From assembly GCA_900762005.1 (NCBI GenBank), contig CAAFEV010000196.1, forward strand, positions 1-39,868: a stretch of DNA of 39,868 bases. The letters are read 5' to 3'. The notes beneath the pieces are model-generated. The model ran no database searches. It was not told where the DNA came from and saw only the letters and a program-made list of their open reading frames with translations. Shown here one piece after another: positions 1-8,179 of this stretch; the stretch's first letter is position 1, and each line of letters starts with the position of its first letter. Source of the DNA: an uncultured Oscillospiraceae bacterium (GTDB taxonomy: Bacteria > Bacillota > Clostridia > Oscillospirales > Oscillospiraceae). A program made the translations under genes and the position numbers.

Positions 1-118
1 AAATGCGTCACATGTTGGTGCCGTCTCTTTTACACGTTTACACAATGCCTGCCCGGGAGGCCCGAACAAACGGATTTTCTCCGGTAGAATCCGCACAGTT
101 TAATGCTGTGCCTTTTCG

Positions 119-376
119 TTATTTTTCGGGCGGGAATTTCAGGAGGAGATACGGTTCGATTTGCAGAACCGCGGAGATGTTCAGCAGCAGGTCGAGCGAG
201 AGCCCGCGGTTCATGTTCGGGGCTTCAATCGCGCCCATATGCTGCCTGCTGATGCCGACCAGCTCGGCAACCTGCTCCTGCGACAGCCGCCGTTTCTTTC
301 GGTAATAGGAAATCGCATAGCCAATCTCCGTCAGCTTCTCCGTGTTGTCAAATTGCATCGCTTTCAATGGCTCCAT
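119..376 (-). CDS. XRE-family helix-turn-helix transcriptional regulator
   Basis: 85 aa; IGYAISYYRKKRRLSQEQVAELVGISRQHMGAIE fits the HTH_3 pattern; the start could instead be the ATG at 358. Confidence 0.85.
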   Translation of the reverse strand: MEPLKAMQFDNTEKLTEIGYAISYYRKKRRLSQEQVAELVGISRQHMGAIEAPNMNRGLSLDLLLNISAVLQIEPYLLLKFPPEK

Positions 377-448
377 TGCGCCGCCCCCTTTTCTTTCTCC
401 TATTTTACTTGGAGGACAGAAAAAACAAAAGCATTTGCAACACGACTA

Positions 449-477
449 TTGACGTTTTTACAACGACAATATATAAT
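449..477 (+). promoter_or_regulatory. sigmaA-type promoter for the 491..784 ORF
   Basis: TTGACG (449-454), 17 nt spacer, TATAAT (472-477). Confidence 0.75.
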
Positions 478-490
478 TTAAACACGAAAA

Positions 491-784
491 ATGACGAATG
501 AGGTGAGAGAAACGGATAACCAAAAGGAGCGGCTGCTGCAGACAGCAGCGCAACTATACGCGCTCGGCATTGCGCTGGAAAAAGCGCGCAGAGAGCTGAG
601 CGCTCTGGTGCAGGCAGGTGAGCCGTATACATCGGAGCGAATGCACAAGGCTCTGAAACAGGCGCAGGAGATACAGGCGCAATGGGAGCTGACAGAGCAA
701 AGGTATTTATCCATGCGAGGGAAATTATCGAGCAAGAGCGGAGAAAATGTGCTTTTTCGGGAAAAAACCGAAAATAACAGTTGA
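491..784 (+). CDS. small helical hypothetical protein, divergent from the XRE regulator
   Basis: 97 aa ORF directly after a consensus promoter; amphipathic helical composition; start uncertain. Confidence 0.6.
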   Translation: MTNEVRETDNQKERLLQTAAQLYALGIALEKARRELSALVQAGEPYTSERMHKALKQAQEIQAQWELTEQRYLSMRGKLSSKSGENVLFREKTENNS

Positions 785-809
785 CAAGCTTCCTATTTCC
801 AAGTAAAAT
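781..809 (+). promoter_or_regulatory. sigmaA promoter of the rpsF-ssb-rpsR operon
   Basis: TTGACA (781-786), 17 nt spacer, TAAAAT (804-809). Confidence 0.85.
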
Positions 810-832
810 AGACAAGCCTGCAAATGCGGGCA

Positions 833-880
833 ATCCTTGCCGCCGGCGCGATCGGCGGCCAAAAGTCCAAAAGGAGGTGC
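833..880 (+). ncRNA. putative S6:S18 ribosomal protein leader RNA
   Basis: In the rpsF 5'UTR, TCCTT can pair with the AAGGA of the RBS and closes a GCCGCCG/CGGCGGC hairpin; a CCA lies just before the SD, as in the known S6:S18 leader. Confidence 0.6.
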
Positions 881-888
881 AAACAACA

Positions 889-1185
889 ATGGCTAAGATT
901 TCCGGCAAGTATGAGATCGTCTATATCATCGACCCTGCAAAGGGCGAAGAGGGTATTGCCGCTCTTGTGGAAAAGTTCAAGGTGATGGTTGAGGCAGAGG
1001 GTACTCTCACGGGTATCGAAGAGTGGGGCAATCGCCGTCTGGCGTATCCCATCAACGACCTGAACGAGGGTTACTATGTCCTGATGAATTGCGAATGCAA
1101 GCCCGAGCTCCCCGCAGAGCTCGACCGTGTATTCAAGATTACCGACGGCATTATGCGCTCCATTATCGTCGCTGTCGAAGCGTAA
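889..1185 (+). CDS. rpsF: 30S ribosomal protein S6
   Basis: KYEIVYII...EEWGNRRLAYPINDLNEGYYVL...ELDRVFKI; AAGGAGGT RBS before ATG 889. Confidence 0.98.
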   Translation: MAKISGKYEIVYIIDPAKGEEGIAALVEKFKVMVEAEGTLTGIEEWGNRRLAYPINDLNEGYYVLMNCECKPELPAELDRVFKITDGIMRSIIVAVEA

Positions 1186-1197
1186 GGAGGCAACGAA

Positions 1198-1668
1198 ATG
1201 TTGAACCAAATCGTGATTATGGGCCGTCTGACCCGTGACCCCGAGCTCCGCCGCACCGGCACCGGCGTCGCCGTGGCATCGTTCACGCTGGCTGTGGACC
1301 GCGATTTTACAAGTGGCGCAAGCGGTGAGCGTGAAACGGATTTCATTGATATCGTCGCATGGCGCAATACGGCTGAATTTGTCAGCAAGTATTTCGCCAA
1401 GGGACGCATGGCAGTGGTATCCGGCAGACTTCAAATTCGCAACTGGAACGACAAAGAGGGCAATAAACGGCGCAGCGCAGAGGTGATTGCCGACAATGTC
1501 TACTTTGGAGACTCCAAGCGCGACGGTGACAGCTCCTATTCCGCCCCGGCTTACGGCTCCGCGCCTGCTGCTCCGGCGAATTACAGCGATGCTGCCCCCG
1601 CGGCTGCTCCCGTTGCGGCATCCGATTTTGCAATGATTGAGGATGACGACAATCAGCTGCCGTTCTGA
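1198..1668 (+). CDS. ssb: single-stranded DNA-binding protein
   Basis: MLNQIVIMGRLTRDPELR OB-fold start, acidic DDDNQLPF tail, canonical position between rpsF and rpsR. Confidence 0.98.
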   Translation: MLNQIVIMGRLTRDPELRRTGTGVAVASFTLAVDRDFTSGASGERETDFIDIVAWRNTAEFVSKYFAKGRMAVVSGRLQIRNWNDKEGNKRRSAEVIADNVYFGDSKRDGDSSYSAPAYGSAPAAPANYSDAAPAAAPVAASDFAMIEDDDNQLPF

Positions 1669-1711
1669 GTGAACTTTTCTACCTGAGTATTGTAAGAAGG
1701 AGGATTTCATC

Positions 1712-1954
1712 ATGGCTATGTACGCTAACGATAAGGCTCGTCCGCGTAAGCGCAAGAAGGTCTGTAACTTCTGCGTCGATAAGGCAACGACCATCGATTT
1801 TAAGGATTACGGCAAGCTCCGCCGCTATACGTCCGAGCGCGGTAAGATTCTTCCGCGCCGCACGACCGGCACCTGTGCTGCACATCAGCGTCTTCTGACC
1901 ATCGCCATCAAGCGCGCCCGTCAGATTGCCCTGCTGCCCTACGTTGCAGACTGA
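1712..1954 (+). CDS. rpsR: 30S ribosomal protein S18
   Basis: CNFC...[20 protein letters not shown]...[13 protein letters not shown] (zinc-binding form). Confidence 0.98.
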   Translation: MAMYANDKARPRKRKKVCNFCVDKATTIDFKDYGKLRRYTSERGKILPRRTTGTCAAHQRLLTIAIKRARQIALLPYVAD

Positions 1955-1981
1955 TCCGAGCCGAATCAAAAAATGTTACAC

Positions 1982-2017
1982 AAACCCGCGCTGCAAGCGA
2001 TTTGCAGTGCGGGTTTT
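1982..2017 (+). terminator. rho-independent terminator after rpsR
   Basis: AAACCCGCGCTGCAA / TTGCAGTGCGGGTTT stem followed by a T-rich tract. Confidence 0.85.
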
Positions 2018-2072
2018 GCTGCTTTTTGGTTCTGTTGTAAATATTGGGATATCGTGTGCATTGTAGGGGACT

Positions 2073-2215
2073 CTCTCTCCCTCAGGCACGGCTGCGCCGC
2101 GCCAGATCTCGCTGCGGCTCGGTCACGTTTCGGCTCTGACCTGCCACCGGCAGGTCATTCACTACCGAAACGCCGCTTCGCTACCCTCGTCAGAGGGAGC
2201 CAAGGGCGAGGGACG
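2073..2215. repeat. intergenic palindromic repeat, long form with a ~78-nt nested multi-stem insert
   Basis: CTCTCTCCCTCAG..CGGCT..GCCGCGCCAG [insert 2106-2183] CCCTCGTCAGAGGGAGCCAAGGGCG; both flanks match the copy at 24246-24312. Confidence 0.8.
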
Positions 2216-2234
2216 AAGGACGGAGACGGGGAAA

Positions 2235-2260
2235 CGGCGGGAGCAAGCCCCCGCCCTGCA
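2235..2260 (-). repeat. GTAG-type REP-like palindrome
   Basis: Minus strand reads TGCAGGGCGGGGGCTTGCTCCCGCCG: a degenerate GTAG foot plus a GC-rich hairpin. A facing GTAGGGG lies at 2063. Confidence 0.45.
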
Positions 2261-2383
2261 AGACAGCCCCAGCTTTTGGCATAAAACCTGCTTTTTACAG
2301 TTCTGTCATAGCAGAGAGGCAAACGCCGCGCTCCGGCATTGGTTGCAGCGCAGGCCTGTAAAACGGGTTCAGACCGCAGCAGG

Positions 2384-2908
2384 CTAATCAAGCAAATCGC
2401 GGCGTTCCATGTCTGCGCGAAGCGTCCCGATTGCCTTATGGCAGAGATAACGGACATTGGCATAGCTCAGGCACAGCTTTTCGGCAATATCCCGGTGCGC
2501 CAGCCTGTCGTAATAGTGCAGCACAATAATTTGCCGTTCCCGCTCCGGCAGCGCGGTCAGCGCGTCTGCCAGTGCGTCGCAGACAGCCTCGCGGCAGAGG
2601 CGTTCATCGTCCCCGGCAGATTGGGAAAGCAGCGTATCCAGCACCTCCGGTTCAACGTCGGCAACATATTTTCCGTGTGTTGCGCCCCGGCGCAGATAAT
2701 CGCGCAGGGTATTGTTGGCGATGGTATAGAGCCACGTCGATACGGCGGCCTTTTGTGCGTCGAAGGTCGCCAGGGCGGTCAGTGCCTTGGCGAAAACCTC
2801 GGAGGTCAAATCCTGCGCATCATGCGGATGATGAATGCGCGCGCTGATGTAGGACAGAACCTTGTCGTGGTAATCACTGTAGATACATTCAAAGCTCAGT
2901 TCCGTCAT
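2384..2908 (-). CDS. ECF-type RNA polymerase sigma-70 factor
   Basis: Region 2 DAQDLTSEVFAKA...STWLYTIANNTLRDYLR and region 4 LPERERQIIVLHYY...DIAEKLCLSYANVR; ~174 aa from ATG 2908. Confidence 0.93.
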   Translation of the reverse strand: MTELSFECIYSDYHDKVLSYISARIHHPHDAQDLTSEVFAKALTALATFDAQKAAVSTWLYTIANNTLRDYLRRGATHGKYVADVEPEVLDTLLSQSAGDDERLCREAVCDALADALTALPERERQIIVLHYYDRLAHRDIAEKLCLSYANVRYLCHKAIGTLRADMERRDLLD

Positions 2909-3092
2909 GATTCTGCTCCGACAAGTCAAAATGCTTGGGTGTCGCCTCCCCGGCAGCCCAGATATCCGCCTCTGCGTCGGTCAAAGCGCGCCCCTGCGCA
3001 AGCTCCGCATGGGTGCGGTCAATCACCGCGCCCAGATGTGCTGTGCCCGCAAATTTCTGATAATCGAAAATTCTTGCAAGCTTCAATTCCAT
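2889..3092 (-). CDS. 67-aa protein with a double-glycine/NHLP-like leader motif (LTDAEADIWAAG)
   Basis: GGAGGA RBS before ATG 3092; fills the gap between the ABC transporter and the sigma factor; motif aligns with LTDDVIDLISGG of the 9704 precursor. Confidence 0.8.
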   Translation of the reverse strand: MELKLARIFDYQKFAGTAHLGAVIDRTHAELAQGRALTDAEADIWAAGEATPKHFDLSEQNHDGTEL

Positions 3093-3102
3093 ATGGTTCC
3101 TC

Positions 3103-5286
3103 CTACTTCTTCTCCGTGCCGGCATCCACGCGCTGCCGCGCAACCAGCTCGCTGAAAAATCCGTTTTTGGCAAGCAGCTCGTCATAGGTGCCGTCCTCGA
3201 TAATTTTTCCCTTGTCCAGCACTAAAATCCGGTCGCACTGCCGTATGGTGGAAAGCCGGTGCGCAATCACAATTCTGGTGCAGCGCAGACTATCCAGCGA
3301 TTGCGAAACCTGCTTTTGCGTGATGTTGTCCAACGCCGAGGTCGCCTCATCAAAGAAGAGAATGCGCGGCTTCGGTGCAATGGCGCGGGCAATCAGCAGA
3401 CGCTGCCGCTGTCCGCCCGAGATGCCGCCCGAGCCCTCGGAAATAATCGTGTGCATCTGCATCGGCATGGCGCGGATATCGTCGGCAATTCCCGCCATTT
3501 CCGCCGCCGCCCAAGCCTCATCAAGCGTCAGCCATGGCGCGGTAATCACGATGTTCGAGAAGATATCGCCGGAAAAGAGCTTGCCGTTCTGCATCACCGA
3601 GCCGATGCTGCGGCGCAGGGATTTCAAATCCAATGCGGAAATATCCTTGCCGTCATAGTAAATCGCGCCCTTTTGCGGCGTTTCAAAGCCTAAGAGCAGC
3701 CGCATCAGTGTGGACTTTCCGCAGCCGGTCGTGCCGACAATGGCGATATACTGTCCGCTTCGGATTTTCAGGCTGAGGTTGTCAATCACGAGCGGCGCAT
3801 TTTCGTCATAGCGGAAGGAGACATTGTTGACCTCGATTGCGCCCGTGAGCCGTGTGACGACCTTTTTCCCCTGTGATATTTCCGGTACCGACTTTAAAAT
3901 CGGCTCAACCATGTGCAGGGTCGGCCGGATGTCCGCAATTTGCACCGCCATGCCCGCCAGCTGCAAAAATGCGCCGACCACCATGCCGTAGGCGGCATTG
4001 AACGCCATATATTCCGCGACGGAGATTTTCGCCCGCACAGCAAGAAAGTAGATAACCGCCACGCCGATTGCAGAAATAAAGGAGGACACCGCCGCATACG
4101 CCTGCGGATAGTACTTATACGTCAGTACGTTTTTATACAGCCCCGCCCACTTGGCAAAGGCGCGTTTTTCCGCGCCGGAGATTTTGACCTTCTGAATGCC
4201 GGAGAACAGCGAATACACCAGACCGCTCTCCTTCGCGCGCGCCTCGAGCAGCTTATCGGAGCACTTCATCTGCCAGACCGTGACCAGTACCGCAAAGCCG
4301 CAGGTCGCTAAAATAATCAGAATCGCCGGCAGCGCCAGCGCAGCGGAATAGTCAAAAATCTGGAACAGATAGACCAGAGAAAAAGCCGCGCTGAGCCCGG
4401 AGGCGAGCACAATCTCCACGAGCAAATCACAGAGCTTGGCAACGCCGGCCGTGCGGCTTGCCAGATTACCCGCGCCATAGCCCTTGAAAAAGCCGGCAGG
4501 CAGGGAGAGCACGCGCATCATCGTCGCCGCTTCGACGGCGATTTTCAACTTGGTCTGAATACGCGAAAGCATCAGGGATTTTGTGATGCCGAGCAGCGTG
4601 CTCGACACGGTAACGCCGAGCAGCAGCACCGCCGCCGCCAGCAAAAGCGCGGTGCTTTCGCTGAAAATCACCTGTCCGAACACCAGACTGTTGGTATATG
4701 CCGTCAGAAGTCCGATAAGCGCAACTGCCGCCGTTGCCGCCGCAAGAAACACATAGTCCGCAACTGAGAGCACATTGCCGATATAGCGCACAAGGTCGCC
4801 CGCAGTCATTGCCCGCAGGGGGAAGGGCTTATAAAAACAGATTGCCTCGCCGGTAAACCGTGCGGCGTTTTTGCGGTTGACGCGCACGCGCTTGCCCAGC
4901 GTCTTATCGTAATAGGTATAGCCGGAGAATCTGCCGGGAATCAGGGCGACAACGCCGTCCGGCGTTGCGCAAAGCAGCGCGCCGTAGCCGTCGCGGTACC
5001 AGCTTCCCTCCAGCTGCACCGTGCGGCGCATAATGCCGGAGGGGCGCAGAAGAAATTCCAGAATGTCGTTCAGGCCGCGCAGCTTGTCGGGCAGCTCCTG
5101 CATGGGTACGCGGTAAAAATCAAGGATTTCCTGCACGGCATCCGCCGTGCGCTTGGTATCGTCCGCCATCGCCGCGTCAAAGGGGTCCTTGCCCGTAACG
5201 ACCCCTGCCATCGCCGCAAACGCGGCAGAGAAGGCCGCATCGTCATGCACCATCCGCTGCTTTATTTGTTCGTCAAACCATCCCAT
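3103..5286 (-). CDS. NHLP/NHLM bacteriocin-system ABC transporter, permease/ATPase without active peptidase
   Basis: Degenerate N-terminal domain (RTVQLEGSWYRDGYGALL), TM region, GTTGCGKST, ISGGQRQR, FFDEATSALDN; paired with a C39-type ABC. Confidence 0.9.
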   Translation of the reverse strand: MGWFDEQIKQRMVHDDAAFSAAFAAMAGVVTGKDPFDAAMADDTKRTADAVQEILDFYRVPMQELPDKLRGLNDILEFLLRPSGIMRRTVQLEGSWYRDGYGALLCATPDGVVALIPGRFSGYTYYDKTLGKRVRVNRKNAARFTGEAICFYKPFPLRAMTAGDLVRYIGNVLSVADYVFLAAATAAVALIGLLTAYTNSLVFGQVIFSESTALLLAAAVLLLGVTVSSTLLGITKSLMLSRIQTKLKIAVEAATMMRVLSLPAGFFKGYGAGNLASRTAGVAKLCDLLVEIVLASGLSAAFSLVYLFQIFDYSAALALPAILIILATCGFAVLVTVWQMKCSDKLLEARAKESGLVYSLFSGIQKVKISGAEKRAFAKWAGLYKNVLTYKYYPQAYAAVSSFISAIGVAVIYFLAVRAKISVAEYMAFNAAYGMVVGAFLQLAGMAVQIADIRPTLHMVEPILKSVPEISQGKKVVTRLTGAIEVNNVSFRYDENAPLVIDNLSLKIRSGQYIAIVGTTGCGKSTLMRLLLGFETPQKGAIYYDGKDISALDLKSLRRSIGSVMQNGKLFSGDIFSNIVITAPWLTLDEAWAAAEMAGIADDIRAMPMQMHTIISEGSGGISGGQRQRLLIARAIAPKPRILFFDEATSALDNITQKQVSQSLDSLRCTRIVIAHRLSTIRQCDRILVLDKGKIIEDGTYDELLAKNGFFSELVARQRVDAGTEKK

Positions 5287-5299
5287 TTCCGCATCCCCC

Positions 5300-7483
5300 C
5301 TATTCGCTGGTAATCAGTCTGGTATACAGACCGCCGAGCGCAAACAGCTCGTCATGCGTACCGCGCTCGACGACCCTGCCGCGATCCATGACGATAATTT
5401 CATCGCAGTCGCGGATGGTGGAAAGGCGGTGCGCCACAACAATGCAGGTAATGCCGCGATCCTTGATGGATTTGACAACCTCATATTCCGTCTTTGCGTC
5501 CAGCGCACTGGTTGCCTCGTCCATGATGATAATTGTCGGGTCCTGCGCCAGAACGCGGGCAATTTCCATTCTCTGCCGCTGTCCGCCGGAGAAGTCCTTG
5601 CCGCCCTCCATGATTTTGTACTGATAGCCGCCGTCACGCTGCATGATGTCCTCATGAATCTGCGCATCGCGTGCCGCCATAATCATTTCAAAGTCCTCAA
5701 TGGAGGGATCCCACATCTTGATGTTGTTCGCAATCGTGTCCTCAAAGAGGATAATATCCTGATCGACCACCGCCAGAGAGCCGGTAAAAACCTCGCGGTT
5801 GATTTCGCCGATGGGCTTTCCGTCAAAGAGAATTTCGCCGCTCCACGGCTTGTAAAGACCGGAAATCAGCTTGGACAGCGTGGATTTTCCGCAGCCCGAG
5901 GAGCCGACAAAGGCAACGCGGCTGCCCGGTCTGAGCGTCATGCTGAAATGCTCAATCAGAGGCTTGCCGAGCCGTGCGTAGCCGAAGGTGACGTCGCGCA
6001 GCTCCACCGTGCCGGAGAGCTTGTCGTAGGACGCCTTATCCGACACATCGTTCTCGGTGTACTCCACATCGGCTGGATAGCGCAGGACATCCTCAATGCG
6101 CTCCATGTTGGTGCGCGTCTCCTGCAGCTTCTGTCCGGCGGCAATCAGCTTGCCTGCCGGGGCGGCAAAGGACGCCATATACCCCTGAAACGCCAAAATC
6201 ATGCCGACGGTAAATTCTCCGCGCATCGTTAAAAATACGCCGAGGATTAAAACCGCAATGTTGGCAAGCGAGGAAATGAAGCCCGGCAGCACGCCGAGGT
6301 ATTGGTTGATTTTCGCGTAGCGCACGTTTTGCGTATTGACGCTCGCCTGATAGCCCGCCCATTTTTCGTAATACCCGTTTTCCGCACCGGACGCCTTGAT
6401 GGACTCAATCATGCCGATGCCGTTGACGGTCATGCCCGCAAGCTTGCCGGCGTTGCGCATCTGCACGCGGGTGATGTTGACCTTTTTTGCCGCCGTCAGC
6501 CGCGCAACCAGCAGATTCAGCACAATTGAGAAAACGCCGACCACCGTCAGTATCAGGCTGTAGCGCAGCATGACAACGAAATAAACCACCATCATTATCG
6601 CATCAAGCAGCAGCGGTGCAAAGGTATTCATCAGCTCCTGCGCCACACTCTCGTTCTTCGTCTGGCGGTCGGCTATGTCGCCCGCCATGCGCTGAGAGAA
6701 AAACTCCATCGGCGCACGCAGCACGTGCCACATGAACGCGGAGTTGGAAATTATCGCCAGCTTTCCCTCCACCTTAAGCATATACAAGCCCTTAATCGCA
6801 AGCGTCAGCAGTTGAATTACCGCCAACGCCCCCAGCGCAAGGGTAAACGGATAGAGCCATTCCGGGTTCTTGCCCGCCAGCAGACGGTCAATGAACACAC
6901 GGGAAAACGCCGGATTTAACAGGCTTAACAGAATGCTGATAAAGCTGGTGGTGAGAATCAGCGCGAAGCCGACACCCGTTCCGCGCAGCCGGCTGAGCGC
7001 AAATTTCATGACGGATTGCGGCTTTCCGCCGGGGACAAATTCCTCCGTCGGGGTAATCACCATACACACGCCGGTAAAGCTGTTGTCAAACTCCTCCATC
7101 GACACGCGGATGCAGCCCTTTGCAGGGTCATTCAGCACCGCCTTGCCCTTGCGGAAGCCGTCCAGCACGACGAAGTGGTTCATATTCCAGTGGATAATGC
7201 AGGGGAATTTCCCCACCTTTTTCAGATCATCCACCTCGTAAAGATACGCCTTTGCAAGCATCCCATAGCTACGTGCGGCAATCAGAATGTTCTTCGCACT
7301 CGAGCCGTCACGGGAGACACCGCAGTCCGTGCGCACCTGTTCCAGCGGAAGAAATTTTCCGTAATACGCCAAAATCATCGTCAGCGAGGCGGCACCGCAT
7401 TCCAGTGCCTCCATCTGCATCACGACGGGCACCTTGGCACAGCCCTTTGTCACCGGGGCGGGGACTTTCCTCTTTTTTTCCAT
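5300..7483 (-). CDS. NHLP-family bacteriocin export ABC transporter, C39 peptidase/permease/ATPase
   Basis: QMEALECGAASL (catalytic Cys), HWNMNHFVV (His), LNDPA (Asp); GSSGCGKST, FSGGQRQR, DEATSALD. Confidence 0.95.
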   Translation of the reverse strand: MEKKRKVPAPVTKGCAKVPVVMQMEALECGAASLTMILAYYGKFLPLEQVRTDCGVSRDGSSAKNILIAARSYGMLAKAYLYEVDDLKKVGKFPCIIHWNMNHFVVLDGFRKGKAVLNDPAKGCIRVSMEEFDNSFTGVCMVITPTEEFVPGGKPQSVMKFALSRLRGTGVGFALILTTSFISILLSLLNPAFSRVFIDRLLAGKNPEWLYPFTLALGALAVIQLLTLAIKGLYMLKVEGKLAIISNSAFMWHVLRAPMEFFSQRMAGDIADRQTKNESVAQELMNTFAPLLLDAIMMVVYFVVMLRYSLILTVVGVFSIVLNLLVARLTAAKKVNITRVQMRNAGKLAGMTVNGIGMIESIKASGAENGYYEKWAGYQASVNTQNVRYAKINQYLGVLPGFISSLANIAVLILGVFLTMRGEFTVGMILAFQGYMASFAAPAGKLIAAGQKLQETRTNMERIEDVLRYPADVEYTENDVSDKASYDKLSGTVELRDVTFGYARLGKPLIEHFSMTLRPGSRVAFVGSSGCGKSTLSKLISGLYKPWSGEILFDGKPIGEINREVFTGSLAVVDQDIILFEDTIANNIKMWDPSIEDFEMIMAARDAQIHEDIMQRDGGYQYKIMEGGKDFSGGQRQRMEIARVLAQDPTIIIMDEATSALDAKTEYEVVKSIKDRGITCIVVAHRLSTIRDCDEIIVMDRGRVVERGTHDELFALGGLYTRLITSE

Positions 7484-7493
7484 GACCGCGCCC

Positions 7494-7979
7494 TCAGCCG
7501 AAAATGTAATCCAGCGGACGGATTTGCTCCGTCACAATCTCCGCGCGTGCAAACGTGCCGTCCGTCAGTGCATCTGCAAGCGTCAGCTCCACTACATAGC
7601 TCCATTCCGGCAGGGCAAGGCAGTACAGCGCGTATTCGTCCGCGCCGCTTTCCGTCTGCGCCCGGTCGCGGGAAATCGGCTTTGCGGAAACAGCGGTAAC
7701 CGTGCCGTGTACGCCGTTGACCGTGACCTCCTGCCCCTGCATGATGCCGGAGGCATCCGCCATATAGCAAACGAGCTTGCCGTCCCTGGCAACGCCGGAC
7801 GCAGTTACGGTGGTATCCAAGCTGCCGACCGCCGCCCAAACAAGCAGCGCAATCAGCAGCGCAGCCGCAGCCGCAAGCACCAGCCAGATGCCGGGGTTGG
7901 AGATTTTTATGTAGTCATGCAGCTCCTCCGGCGAGGACACCTTCTTTACGCTCTCTTTTCGGAAAATCGTTTCTGCCAT
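7494..7979 (-). CDS. NHLP bacteriocin-system secretion accessory protein (short HlyD-like)
   Basis: IFRKESVKKVSSPEELHDYIKISNPGIW N-terminus, one TM helix, C-terminal EQIRPLDYIF; GAAAGGA RBS before ATG 7979. Confidence 0.82.
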   Translation of the reverse strand: MAETIFRKESVKKVSSPEELHDYIKISNPGIWLVLAAAAALLIALLVWAAVGSLDTTVTASGVARDGKLVCYMADASGIMQGQEVTVNGVHGTVTAVSAKPISRDRAQTESGADEYALYCLALPEWSYVVELTLADALTDGTFARAEIVTEQIRPLDYIFG

Positions 7980-8057
7980 TTTTGTTACGCATCCTTTCAT
8001 CTGTTGCTCTGCTGCGTCGGTCAGGCAAGGGGTCGTAGTTCGGATTCTCTTCCTCCA

Positions 8058-8086
8058 AGTATACCATACCGTTCCTTATTTCGGAA
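8058..8086 (-). promoter_or_regulatory. putative extended -10 sigmaA promoter of the export/sigma operon
   Basis: Minus strand TTCCGA, 17 nt spacer, TATACT, with TG one base upstream of the -10. Confidence 0.55.
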
Positions 8087-8179
8087 GTTTTTTTGCTTAA
8101 AAGCCAAAAAAACCTTTCGCAACCGCAAAAAATGTGGTATCTTGTGGTTATCAACTCCGAGAAAAGGAGGTGTGCGTCC

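Noticed and set aside
3103..7979. Thiazole/oxazole (TOMM) pathway implied by NHLP-type transporters
   Set aside because: No YcaO, E1-like or dehydrogenase gene is visible in the window
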